Shown: one piece after another, positions 56,733 through 64,000 of the stretch | Position numbering within the stretch: position 1 is the first letter of the stretch | Layout: every line of letters starts with the position of its first letter | DNA from: an uncultured Nitrospiraceae bacterium | GTDB lineage: Bacteria > Nitrospirota > Nitrospiria > Nitrospirales > Nitrospiraceae | Length of the DNA: 64,000 nt | Direction: 5' to 3' | Assembly: GCA_963846575.1 (NCBI GenBank) | Contig: CAWJWJ010000002.1 | Location: forward strand, 2,240,001 to 2,304,000 | Notes under the pieces: model-generated | The model's database searches: none | Seen by the model: the letters and a program-made list of their open reading frames with translations, nothing else | Told to the model about the DNA's origin: nothing | Translations under genes and position numbers: made by a program

Positions 56733-57860
56733 CTAGGAAGGCGGCGAGAGCAGTACTCGGCACAGATAGAACCGGCGTTCTAACACCGCGCGAGCCCACC
56801 GGACTCGTGACGACGCATTCATGTATTCCCATTGATCGGGCGCAAGCCAATCCCACAACAGCTGAAGCCTCGCCGGCATGTCAGCTTCTTCCTTTTCTGA
56901 AAAGTAACCCATCCGACGCCCGAGCTGGTAGGTTCGGAAAAGGATCAGCTTTCGTTCTCGTTCAGTCAGGATATCATCATAGCCGTACTCTTTGGCCATA
57001 TCGGACACAACCTGGGCCGGCGTATCGACACCCTTCAGACTGGGGTTGCTCGGGAGCGTTTTTAGATGTTTCCCCCCTAAGACGGTCTGCATCGTCGGCT
57101 CTACGGGTGGAGCGACTCCTAACCAGGCACAGATATCCGTGACCGTGCGCGAGGGCGCATCACAGAGGTCTTCGTACCGGACCAGATAATGCCGGACTGG
57201 ATCTGAGGTTACTCCCTGCAACGCAAACTGTGCATGTGGAATCCAGCGGGATTCTAATTGGAGCCTGAGAATGTCACCGCCTTGAAACCAGAACGGCTTT
57301 TGTTTCAAGACCATGTCCGTTCGCTTGAGGGAACTGTAATTAGAATAGGGATGTCGCAGAATGTGAATGAACTTCATGCCGGGGAACAGCTGCGCATACC
57401 GACGCAGGTCCGCGACCTCGATTGATTTGAACATCAGCCAAGGTGTTGCCGGGAGTTGCCGCTCATCGTACAAGGACCGGATCACGTCCATATAGGACTC
57501 AAGGTCGCGGACCACGTCTCCGGTGATACGGGACATCGCCGTTTGCAGTGGGTCGGTCACCGTCGGAATGGGAAGCACAAGCTTACTTACATAGGTTTCC
57601 TGGAGTTCACGGAGCTGTTGAGCCGTCCAGCTCTCAACCTGCTGCCGCTGCCGGGCCTCGAACGTGCCCCTGGCATGGCCGGGCAATGCGGACGCGCAGG
57701 TAGATACCATGCGCTTGGCAGTACCTTTTATGGAACGAGGCGCAAAAGCACGCAAATAGTTCAGCTCGATTGGATAAATCCACAGGCCTGGACTTCCATC
57801 AAGCAGTCGCATCAACAGCGTCGATCCATTCCGCCCAGCTCCGAAGATTCCGACCAACAA
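56733..57860 (-). CDS. Sulfotransferase-family protein
   Basis: 5'-PSB-like GAGRNGSTLL, 3'-PB-like HILRHP...YSS, VRYEDL...P....IC.WLG. Confidence 0.85.
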   Translation of the reverse strand: MLVGIFGAGRNGSTLLMRLLDGSPGLWIYPIELNYLRAFAPRSIKGTAKRMVSTCASALPGHARGTFEARQRQQVESWTAQQLRELQETYVSKLVLPIPTVTDPLQTAMSRITGDVVRDLESYMDVIRSLYDERQLPATPWLMFKSIEVADLRRYAQLFPGMKFIHILRHPYSNYSSLKRTDMVLKQKPFWFQGGDILRLQLESRWIPHAQFALQGVTSDPVRHYLVRYEDLCDAPSRTVTDICAWLGVAPPVEPTMQTVLGGKHLKTLPSNPSLKGVDTPAQVVSDMAKEYGYDDILTERERKLILFRTYQLGRRMGYFSEKEEADMPARLQLLWDWLAPDQWEYMNASSRVRWARAVLERRFYLCRVLLSPPS

Positions 57861-57869
57861 AGAGTCCTC

Positions 57870-58649
57870 CTAACGAACCCGTTCAATGTGGGCCAACCGA
57901 TTCACCGACTTGACTAGCCGATAATCTCCGCTCGACGCGATCTCACGGATGAGCCGGCCTACGGAATCCGAATGGGTGTGAAATATGCCTTCATCGCAAG
58001 CATCGTCGAACAGCACGGCCCCTCCGACCTTCACGCGCCGCCCAAACCGTTCAAAGTCGTTCCGTACACCCTCGTAGGTGTGGTCGCCATCGATGAACAC
58101 GAGATCCACCTCGCCGGTGTCGACCTCGATGGTTCGTGAGTCACCGACCAGTAATGTGACAGGAAGTCCAAATCGAGCGCATAGGTCGCTAATTTCATCG
58201 TCGAACGTGCGTGTGCCTCGCTGGTGGAGGCGCGCTTCCTTCTCTCCGAGGTCTATCGACCAAAATTCTCCCTCTCCATTCATGGCTGCGGCAATAGTCA
58301 GGGTGGACCCTCCCTTGTAGCGTCCTATTTCAATGACTTTGCGTGACTTCGTCCTGCGTACTAGCCCGAACAGGTACGCGGTCTGTCGCACGGTCATGGC
58401 TATAACGCCATGGTCGAGTGAGGTGCTGGCAAACAATCCCGCCAAATCCTCAAACCGAAGAGAGCCATCCGACGGAAGGTCGAAGGCCATGCTATCCAAG
58501 GATGGAGATCTATTCAACCTGGGTCCCAACGCCTCTAGTAGCAATTGAGGTGTCCGTTCGCTCAACTGTTTTGCAAAAGCCAGAGCAACCGTCTCAGGCA
58601 AATACCTCGCTAAGGCCTCACCGATTTTATTGCTTATTCCGTATTTCAC
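57870..58649 (-). CDS. SAM-dependent methyltransferase (Methyltransf_24-like)
   Basis: IEIG.YKGGST, SID, GDS, DLVFIDGDH.YE, GG.V.FDD. Confidence 0.88.
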   Translation of the reverse strand: MKYGISNKIGEALARYLPETVALAFAKQLSERTPQLLLEALGPRLNRSPSLDSMAFDLPSDGSLRFEDLAGLFASTSLDHGVIAMTVRQTAYLFGLVRRTKSRKVIEIGRYKGGSTLTIAAAMNGEGEFWSIDLGEKEARLHQRGTRTFDDEISDLCARFGLPVTLLVGDSRTIEVDTGEVDLVFIDGDHTYEGVRNDFERFGRRVKVGGAVLFDDACDEGIFHTHSDSVGRLIREIASSGDYRLVKSVNRLAHIERVR

Positions 58650-58689
58650 GCTGTCCTTCTTAACTGGTCAACATCCCTGTATCTTCAAC

Positions 58690-60015
58690 CTACTTAGACT
58701 TTGAGAGCCGGCCTTCACCGCGTGTGCCCGCAACTCGCTCCAACTCATCCACGATCGCCTGCCCCGCCACCGCTTCGGAAAAGTATTGTTCGAAGGTCTC
58801 CCTCCCTCCCCGGGAAAGACGTTGCTTCAAGACCTCGTCACGCAGCAGACTTGAGACGGCCTCCGCCAATTGTGCATCGGTGTCCGCCAGTAACGAGTTC
58901 CGCCCCTGCTGCATCTCCGGAATGCCAGCCGCATTCGCCCGATGGGCGACGACGGGGCACCCGAATGACCAGGCGGTGATCACCCTGACTCGGATCCCCA
59001 ACGGGATGTTCGTCGGCACGATCATGAGGTCGGCCGCGAGGAACTCGGGATCGGCCGGCACCACCCGTCCGATACGCCGCACGGAAGGCCCTTGCAATGC
59101 CCCCGCAAGGGCCTTCGGCGGGACTCCCCCGCCGACGAGACGCAATTCAAACCCATCCGCCCCGAACTCCGAAATCAGCCGGGGCAGCACGGCACGGGCC
59201 ACCGACCGGAGTCCGGACGAGGTCGAGGTGGTTGCCAGATCCCCGATCACAAGCACACGGGGCTTCCCCGGAGTCTTGGACGACTGCGCCTCTTTCCGCA
59301 ACGCCTCCCACTTCGGCCCCGCCACATCCGGCACCGGCGTCCTCAGATACCGCGCATCCGGGCTGCCGTGTGTCTTCAGCCACTCGGCATAGTGCCCGGC
59401 GAAGGCTCCACGGGACTCGGTCGATTCCAACAGGGCCGCCATGGCGCGTTGAGCAATCAGGGACTCCAGCCCCACCTTCAGGCCCTCCGGCAAGAACTTG
59501 GAGATCGTACAGGGACTCTCACGCCATCGAAAATACCCGGGCAGGTGCCAGAGATCGCCCACCGCCGCCATCAGGGGGGAGAGACCGAGCGGGGACACCG
59601 CCGCGAGCGCATCGAAGTGGTAGCACAGAAACCCGTCGAACTCCCGGCCCTTCAGGGCCGCCCGCACCTTCTCCGCGAGTTTGACCCACGGCATCAGGTA
59701 GGCCACGCCCTTGTGACGGTTGCCGACGCGGCCGATCCATCGGCCGATTTTTGCGAGCAGGCCGCCGTCGCGCGGGCCGACCAGCGACGCCATCTCATAT
59801 TCGACGACCAGAACCTCCGCCCCCTCGCGCCGTATCGCCGCTTCCTGTTGCGCACGGGAGTGCAGATAGGGATTGTTCCCGGTCACGTCGAACAGGCTGA
59901 TCACGCAAACCTGATGTCCGGATCGTGTCAGGGCCCGCACGATGGACCAGCAGGTCAACGCGCCCCCGTGGTAGCCCTCACCGGGCAAACCTTGAACAAT
60001 AAATCCGACCCTCAC
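58690..60015 (-). CDS. GT4-like glycosyltransferase
   Basis: N-terminal HGG; P...LG.RVR..TA...G.PVV; GT-B C-terminal pattern. Confidence 0.75.
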   Translation of the reverse strand: MRVGFIVQGLPGEGYHGGALTCWSIVRALTRSGHQVCVISLFDVTGNNPYLHSRAQQEAAIRREGAEVLVVEYEMASLVGPRDGGLLAKIGRWIGRVGNRHKGVAYLMPWVKLAEKVRAALKGREFDGFLCYHFDALAAVSPLGLSPLMAAVGDLWHLPGYFRWRESPCTISKFLPEGLKVGLESLIAQRAMAALLESTESRGAFAGHYAEWLKTHGSPDARYLRTPVPDVAGPKWEALRKEAQSSKTPGKPRVLVIGDLATTSTSSGLRSVARAVLPRLISEFGADGFELRLVGGGVPPKALAGALQGPSVRRIGRVVPADPEFLAADLMIVPTNIPLGIRVRVITAWSFGCPVVAHRANAAGIPEMQQGRNSLLADTDAQLAEAVSSLLRDEVLKQRLSRGGRETFEQYFSEAVAGQAIVDELERVAGTRGEGRLSKSK

Positions 60016-60075
60016 TTGAACCTTCTCCGATCCTCTGACTGGTATGGACGGGGCCCCGGGCAGGGGCCGCGGATG

Positions 60076-61146
60076 TCAAGGCCCCAACACCGGCCTGAGC
60101 TCCTCTTCGTGGTCCCGAATCCAGCCTGCGATGTTGTCGACGATGTGTTCGACAGTCCAGCGCGGCTTCCATCCGGCCGCCGCCCGCACCTTCGACGTGT
60201 CGGTGAGATAGATGCGTACGTCGCCCGGTCTGGTCGAGGCCTCGCTGTGAACGGGAATCGTCTTTCCCAGGGCCTGCCGGCAGAGAACCGTCCACTCCAG
60301 TAGCGACACGCTGGATTCGCTTCCCCCCCCGACGTTGTAGACCTGCCCGTTATGAATAGCCAAGTGGCCCCACTGATGCTGCAGCAACTCAAAGAGATCT
60401 TCCACGTGCATGAGGTCACGCACCTGCTTGCCACTACCGCCGAATCCGATATACGAAAGGGTGCCGCCGAAATGGTGCCGTGCGGCCCAAAGCACCGGGA
60501 ATCCCTGATCGACCTTCCCCATTTGCCAGGGACCGGTCAGGACCCCGCACCGATTGATGATCGCGCGCACGTCGTACATCGAGACATATTCACGAATCAA
60601 CAGCTCCGCGCAGAGTTTCGTCGCCCCATATAAGGTTCGCGCCCCCTCGAGTGGAAACTCTTCCGTCACACCCTGATCGGACAGCCCCGCGCGGGCTCGA
60701 TCAGCGCACCACTCGAACCTCGTCGGGGTCTCCTGAAATGGCAGTTCGTTGAGTGCCTCATAGGGATACACACGACTGGTCGAGAGAAAAATCAGCTCGG
60801 CCTGATCCCGTCTGGCCATCTCCAGACAATTGACGGTCCCGACCAGATTGGTGTCGACCACGTAGGAGGCAGCGCCATCGAATCCCGCCAGCGCCGACGG
60901 CTCCGCGGAACATTCGATGATGCGATCAACCTTCCCCACGGCCTCCAAATCGGAGCAGTGGCGCACGTCGCCGTGACAGAACCGGATACCCCGGCGCTGC
61001 AGGCGCGACAGGTTCAACTCCGATCCTCTGCGCCTCAGGTTGTCGAAACAAACAATTTGCCAGTCGGGATAGGCCTCGCGGAACAGCAGGGCGAGGCTGG
61101 AGCCGACAAATCCAGCGCCTCCCGTAATCAGCAGTCGTTTACCCAT
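60076..61146 (-). CDS. NAD-dependent epimerase (CDP-paratose/tyvelose 2-epimerase, RfbE-like)
   Basis: TGGAGFVG, DNL.R.GS..N, STSRVY, YGATK, Q.GKVDQG, G.GKQVRD. Confidence 0.85.
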   Translation of the reverse strand: MGKRLLITGGAGFVGSSLALLFREAYPDWQIVCFDNLRRRGSELNLSRLQRRGIRFCHGDVRHCSDLEAVGKVDRIIECSAEPSALAGFDGAASYVVDTNLVGTVNCLEMARRDQAELIFLSTSRVYPYEALNELPFQETPTRFEWCADRARAGLSDQGVTEEFPLEGARTLYGATKLCAELLIREYVSMYDVRAIINRCGVLTGPWQMGKVDQGFPVLWAARHHFGGTLSYIGFGGSGKQVRDLMHVEDLFELLQHQWGHLAIHNGQVYNVGGGSESSVSLLEWTVLCRQALGKTIPVHSEASTRPGDVRIYLTDTSKVRAAAGWKPRWTVEHIVDNIAGWIRDHEEELRPVLGP

Positions 61147-61192
61147 TGTTCGTCACCAGAAGCAAAACCCGTATCAGTTGCCTGTCCATGGT

Positions 61193-62614
61193 TTACTTCG
61201 ACGGGGCGAGGGCAGTGAGCAGCTCCCGGATCGACAGCCTGCGGAGAATTCCCCTCACGGCCACTCCGGCGACCACCACACCCAGCAAAACTTTGACAGG
61301 CAGCGGGATCTCAATCAAGCGGCTGAGCACATACGCCGTCAGGGTGACGACCACGCCCCAGACCATCCCTGACTCAAGGTGGTACCGACAGCCGAAGCGC
61401 CGTGCCAGGAGAAACCGCATACCATGCAGTGCCAAAGCGCCGGACACCGCGGCACTCGTCGCGCCGATAACCCCGAACTGCCGTGTCGCGACCATGATGA
61501 GCACGACCGTAGCGAGGCTCATGACGATGGAGGACCAGGACAGGAGGACGTTCTGTCGAACCGTCAGCAGATACTGTGTAAACGGGATGGCCATGCTGTG
61601 CGCAAACACCAGCAGAAACCAAATGGGCGCCAGTTCCGCGGCCTGGTCGAACTTCCCGTGAGTGAGCAGATGGATCACTTCGGGAGCAAACAAGGTAACC
61701 AGAAGGCCTCCGGCCGTCACACAGAGGTACCACAGCGACACGCTCTCTTCAATGTGCAGTCGCGTCTGGCCGCGATCTCCGGCGAACAATTCCAGAAACG
61801 TCGGGGTCATGGTTCTCGAATAGGCCTTGGTCACGGTCACGAACATGCCGCGATAACTCTGGGAATGGGCATAGAGACCCAGCGTCGCAAGATCCAACCA
61901 GCGCTGAATGATGAAGCGATCGAGGCTGTTGGCCACCACGTCCATGAGGCTGAATGGTATGACCGGCAGGCCGCTGCGCGCAATTTCTTTTCCCCAATGC
62001 AGACTGGGCCGGAGCGTGACCTTGCGGGCCGCATACCACAATCCATGCGTGATGGAGACCAGTCCGGCTGCAATCGGGCCCAGAAACAGGGCCAACACCC
62101 CGAGCTTCGCAATCGAAAGCCCAACCAGCGTCGTCACTGCTCCGGCGACCCACTGCAGCGATTCATTCACCGCATGGCTGACGGGCGCCCGCTCGATCAC
62201 CATCAAGGGACTGAGTGTCCCCCAGACTGCGCCGGCCAACAGTCCCGCCAGCGCCAATCTAAAGTAAAATTGATACTCGGGCCTGTAGTCCCGGATCACA
62301 TGGGGCAGGACGAGAGGAGACAGCAGTCCGAAAATCAGAACCCAGACCGTTTTCATTCCAAGATTTGCGAGCAGGAGATTGAATAGCAATTCCTTACGGC
62401 CCGGCTCCGAGGTGGCGTGCCAGTGGCTGGACAACACCCAGTTATCACCGGTCGAGGCGAGCGGGGTGACGAGCATGGCCACAGCGGTCAGGATGGCGAC
62501 CGTGCCGATATCAGACGGATCGAGGTAATAGGTAGTGACGGGAACCATGACTCCGACTCCCACAATGGTCTGGAGCAAGGGTGGGAGCAGAAACCAGAAA
62601 AAACTCCTATTCAC
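61193..62614 (-). CDS. Polysaccharide flippase (Wzx-like)
   Basis: P..T.YL.P.D.G, DRFII......LGLY motifs; many TM segments. Confidence 0.85.
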   Translation of the reverse strand: MNRSFFWFLLPPLLQTIVGVGVMVPVTTYYLDPSDIGTVAILTAVAMLVTPLASTGDNWVLSSHWHATSEPGRKELLFNLLLANLGMKTVWVLIFGLLSPLVLPHVIRDYRPEYQFYFRLALAGLLAGAVWGTLSPLMVIERAPVSHAVNESLQWVAGAVTTLVGLSIAKLGVLALFLGPIAAGLVSITHGLWYAARKVTLRPSLHWGKEIARSGLPVIPFSLMDVVANSLDRFIIQRWLDLATLGLYAHSQSYRGMFVTVTKAYSRTMTPTFLELFAGDRGQTRLHIEESVSLWYLCVTAGGLLVTLFAPEVIHLLTHGKFDQAAELAPIWFLLVFAHSMAIPFTQYLLTVRQNVLLSWSSIVMSLATVVLIMVATRQFGVIGATSAAVSGALALHGMRFLLARRFGCRYHLESGMVWGVVVTLTAYVLSRLIEIPLPVKVLLGVVVAGVAVRGILRRLSIRELLTALAPSK

Positions 62615-62658
62615 AAGGGGTCCAGCCTCTGACCGTGAACACGCAGGAGCCGCTACCC

Positions 62659-63198
62659 TCACCGGGCGGCACGGGTGACGACCTCCACGATTCGATTCAC
62701 CGATTGTGCAGGCGACTCCGTGCCGGTATCCACGATGATGTCCGCGTCGAGCGGCTCCTCGTAGGGGTCGGACACGCCCGTGAACTGCTCAATCTCGCCG
62801 CGTAGCGCCTTGGCGTACATCCCTTTGACATCGCGCCTGATGCACTCTTCAACGCCACAGCGCACCCACACCTCGATGAAGGAACCTGAACCACCTACCT
62901 TCTCCACCATCGCCCGGGCCTCCTTGCGGCTGGCGCGGAACGGCGACACGGCAGCAACAATGCTGCAGACCCCATGCTTCGTCAAAACCTGGCAGACCCA
63001 ACCGATCCGCAAAATGTTGGTGTCACGATCGACGCGGGAAAAGCCGAGTCCCTTGGATAGGTGCGTTCGGACGACATCCCCGTCCAACACCTCCACATTG
63101 GTCATCCCCCGCGCCCAGAGGGTCCGAAACAGCAGGTTTGCGAGAGTCGTCTTTCCGGAACAGGGCAAACCAGTCAACCAGATCGTCAACGCTTTCAT
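62659..63198 (-). CDS. cysC: Adenylyl-sulfate kinase
   Basis: WLTGLPCSGKTT, LDGD.VR, LGFS..DR..N, RDVKG.Y, FTGVSDPYEEP. Confidence 0.95.
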   Translation of the reverse strand: MKALTIWLTGLPCSGKTTLANLLFRTLWARGMTNVEVLDGDVVRTHLSKGLGFSRVDRDTNILRIGWVCQVLTKHGVCSIVAAVSPFRASRKEARAMVEKVGGSGSFIEVWVRCGVEECIRRDVKGMYAKALRGEIEQFTGVSDPYEEPLDADIIVDTGTESPAQSVNRIVEVVTRAAR

Positions 63199-63202
63199 AC
63201 GC

Positions 63203-64000
63203 TCAGCTCTCGACCCTCCTGAAAACCTCTGTCGCCTGGAAACCGGCACGGGAGATCGTAAAGGTTCCCTCCACCGGCAGGGGCCCCTCCCAACTCCACC
63301 GCAAAAACCGGGTCGGACATATGACGCCATACTGCGGTGCCATGTCTTCCAGATCGATCTGCGCGTGAACGGCCAACGACTGGCTGCCCGTCGACAATCG
63401 CGGCCCCTCCAGCCAGAAACGCTGCCCTGGGGTCAACACATGCCAGCCGGTTTCGGCTGGCATGAGAGAACAATGGGAGGCGAACGTCAAGGTCCACTCG
63501 ATGTGATGTCGGACAGTGCGGCCTGAAGGACTGTAACACCGGTCGATCACTTGCCAGGTGCCGTTCGACCGATGCGACTGCACGCTACGCCGATGCAGCA
63601 CCGGGTCCGACAACCGCCTGTAGCCATCATGTTCTGCCACCACGCGCTCGACCGATTGCTCGATCTCCCACTCCAAAACCTGCGGTCTGCTATCGGCGTG
63701 TAGACAAAATAGTTTCCCGGGAATCGCGCGGTTCTGTTCTGCCCGGTCCACCCTCACGGTCGAATGATGGATGGTGCGGCGAAATCGATTATAGGCTTGC
63801 GGGTCGGAAGTATAGAGAAAACAACCTGGATCCACAAGAATATCTTCCCCTCCGAGACAGAGTTCCAGGGAGAGCAGATCGTTATGTTTGTGAGTTCCCA
63901 CTCCGTTGGTGCCGGGCGGATTGCAATTCAACAGGGCGTAGTCCTCCCGCTCGCGCAGGATGTAGAACCCGCCTGCAGGAAAGGCCACGCTCCGGAGGCA
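63203..64000 (-). CDS. Heparinase II/III-like protein, C-terminal part (truncated by window end)
   Basis: H.H.D.LS, LVDPG...Y, R.T..HST..VD..EQ, HDGY, H.R. Confidence 0.8.
   Translation of the reverse strand, partial: CLRSVAFPAGGFYILREREDYALLNCNPPGTNGVGTHKHNDLLSLELCLGGEDILVDPGCFLYTSDPQAYNRFRRTIHHSTVRVDRAEQNRAIPGKLFCLHADSRPQVLEWEIEQSVERVVAEHDGYRRLSDPVLHRRSVQSHRSNGTWQVIDRCYSPSGRTVRHHIEWTLTFASHCSLMPAETGWHVLTPGQRFWLEGPRLSTGSQSLAVHAQIDLEDMAPQYGVICPTRFLRWSWEGPLPVEGTFTISRAGFQATEVFRRVES

Noticed and set aside
1..64000. CRISPR arrays, tRNA/rRNA, transposases, prophage or defence genes
   Set aside because: No spaced direct repeats, RNA gene signatures or such protein motifs were noticed

Overview
GC-rich bacterial chromosomal window. 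Gene content and order suggest Nitrospira/Nitrospirota; this is an inference, as there is no rRNA marker here. There are four blocks. (1) 1-9.4 kb is a putative metal-homeostasis locus. On + it has ftsH, a signal-peptide-bearing SAM methyltransferase, a CDF exporter and a COG0523 GTPase. On - it has a small His-rich leader ORF ending in RAPP, a TonB-dependent receptor, an unusual TonB_C-like protein and a PAP2 phosphatase. (2) 9.5-23.3 kb holds DAHP synthase, a ~2900-aa cyclic beta-1,2-glucan synthase, tatD, a YacP/Rae1-like NYN nuclease, an amidase and truA. (3) 23.6-34.6 kb (- strand) is mostly housekeeping: cysE, ispF, ispD, PIN-TRAM, degP-like, class I aldolase, fbp, DUF3108, PMM/PGM, manC and a KdsC-family phosphatase. 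(4) 34.7-64 kb (- strand) is a large surface-polysaccharide locus. It contains wcaJ, several glycosyltransferases, two flippases, a Wzy/WaaL-GT4 fusion, four methyltransferases, asnB, neuABC, a sulfotransferase, cysC and a heparinase II/III-like gene. The best candidate for an undescribed system is a His-rich (not CxxC) RAPP ribosome-arrest leader whose Pro-Pro codons are complementary to the Shine-Dalgarno of the downstream TonB receptor. The same operon encodes a small exported TonB_C-like protein carrying its own TonB-box-like segment. No tRNA, rRNA, CRISPR array or transposase was recognised. All calls are by-eye motif recognition; no database searches were run.
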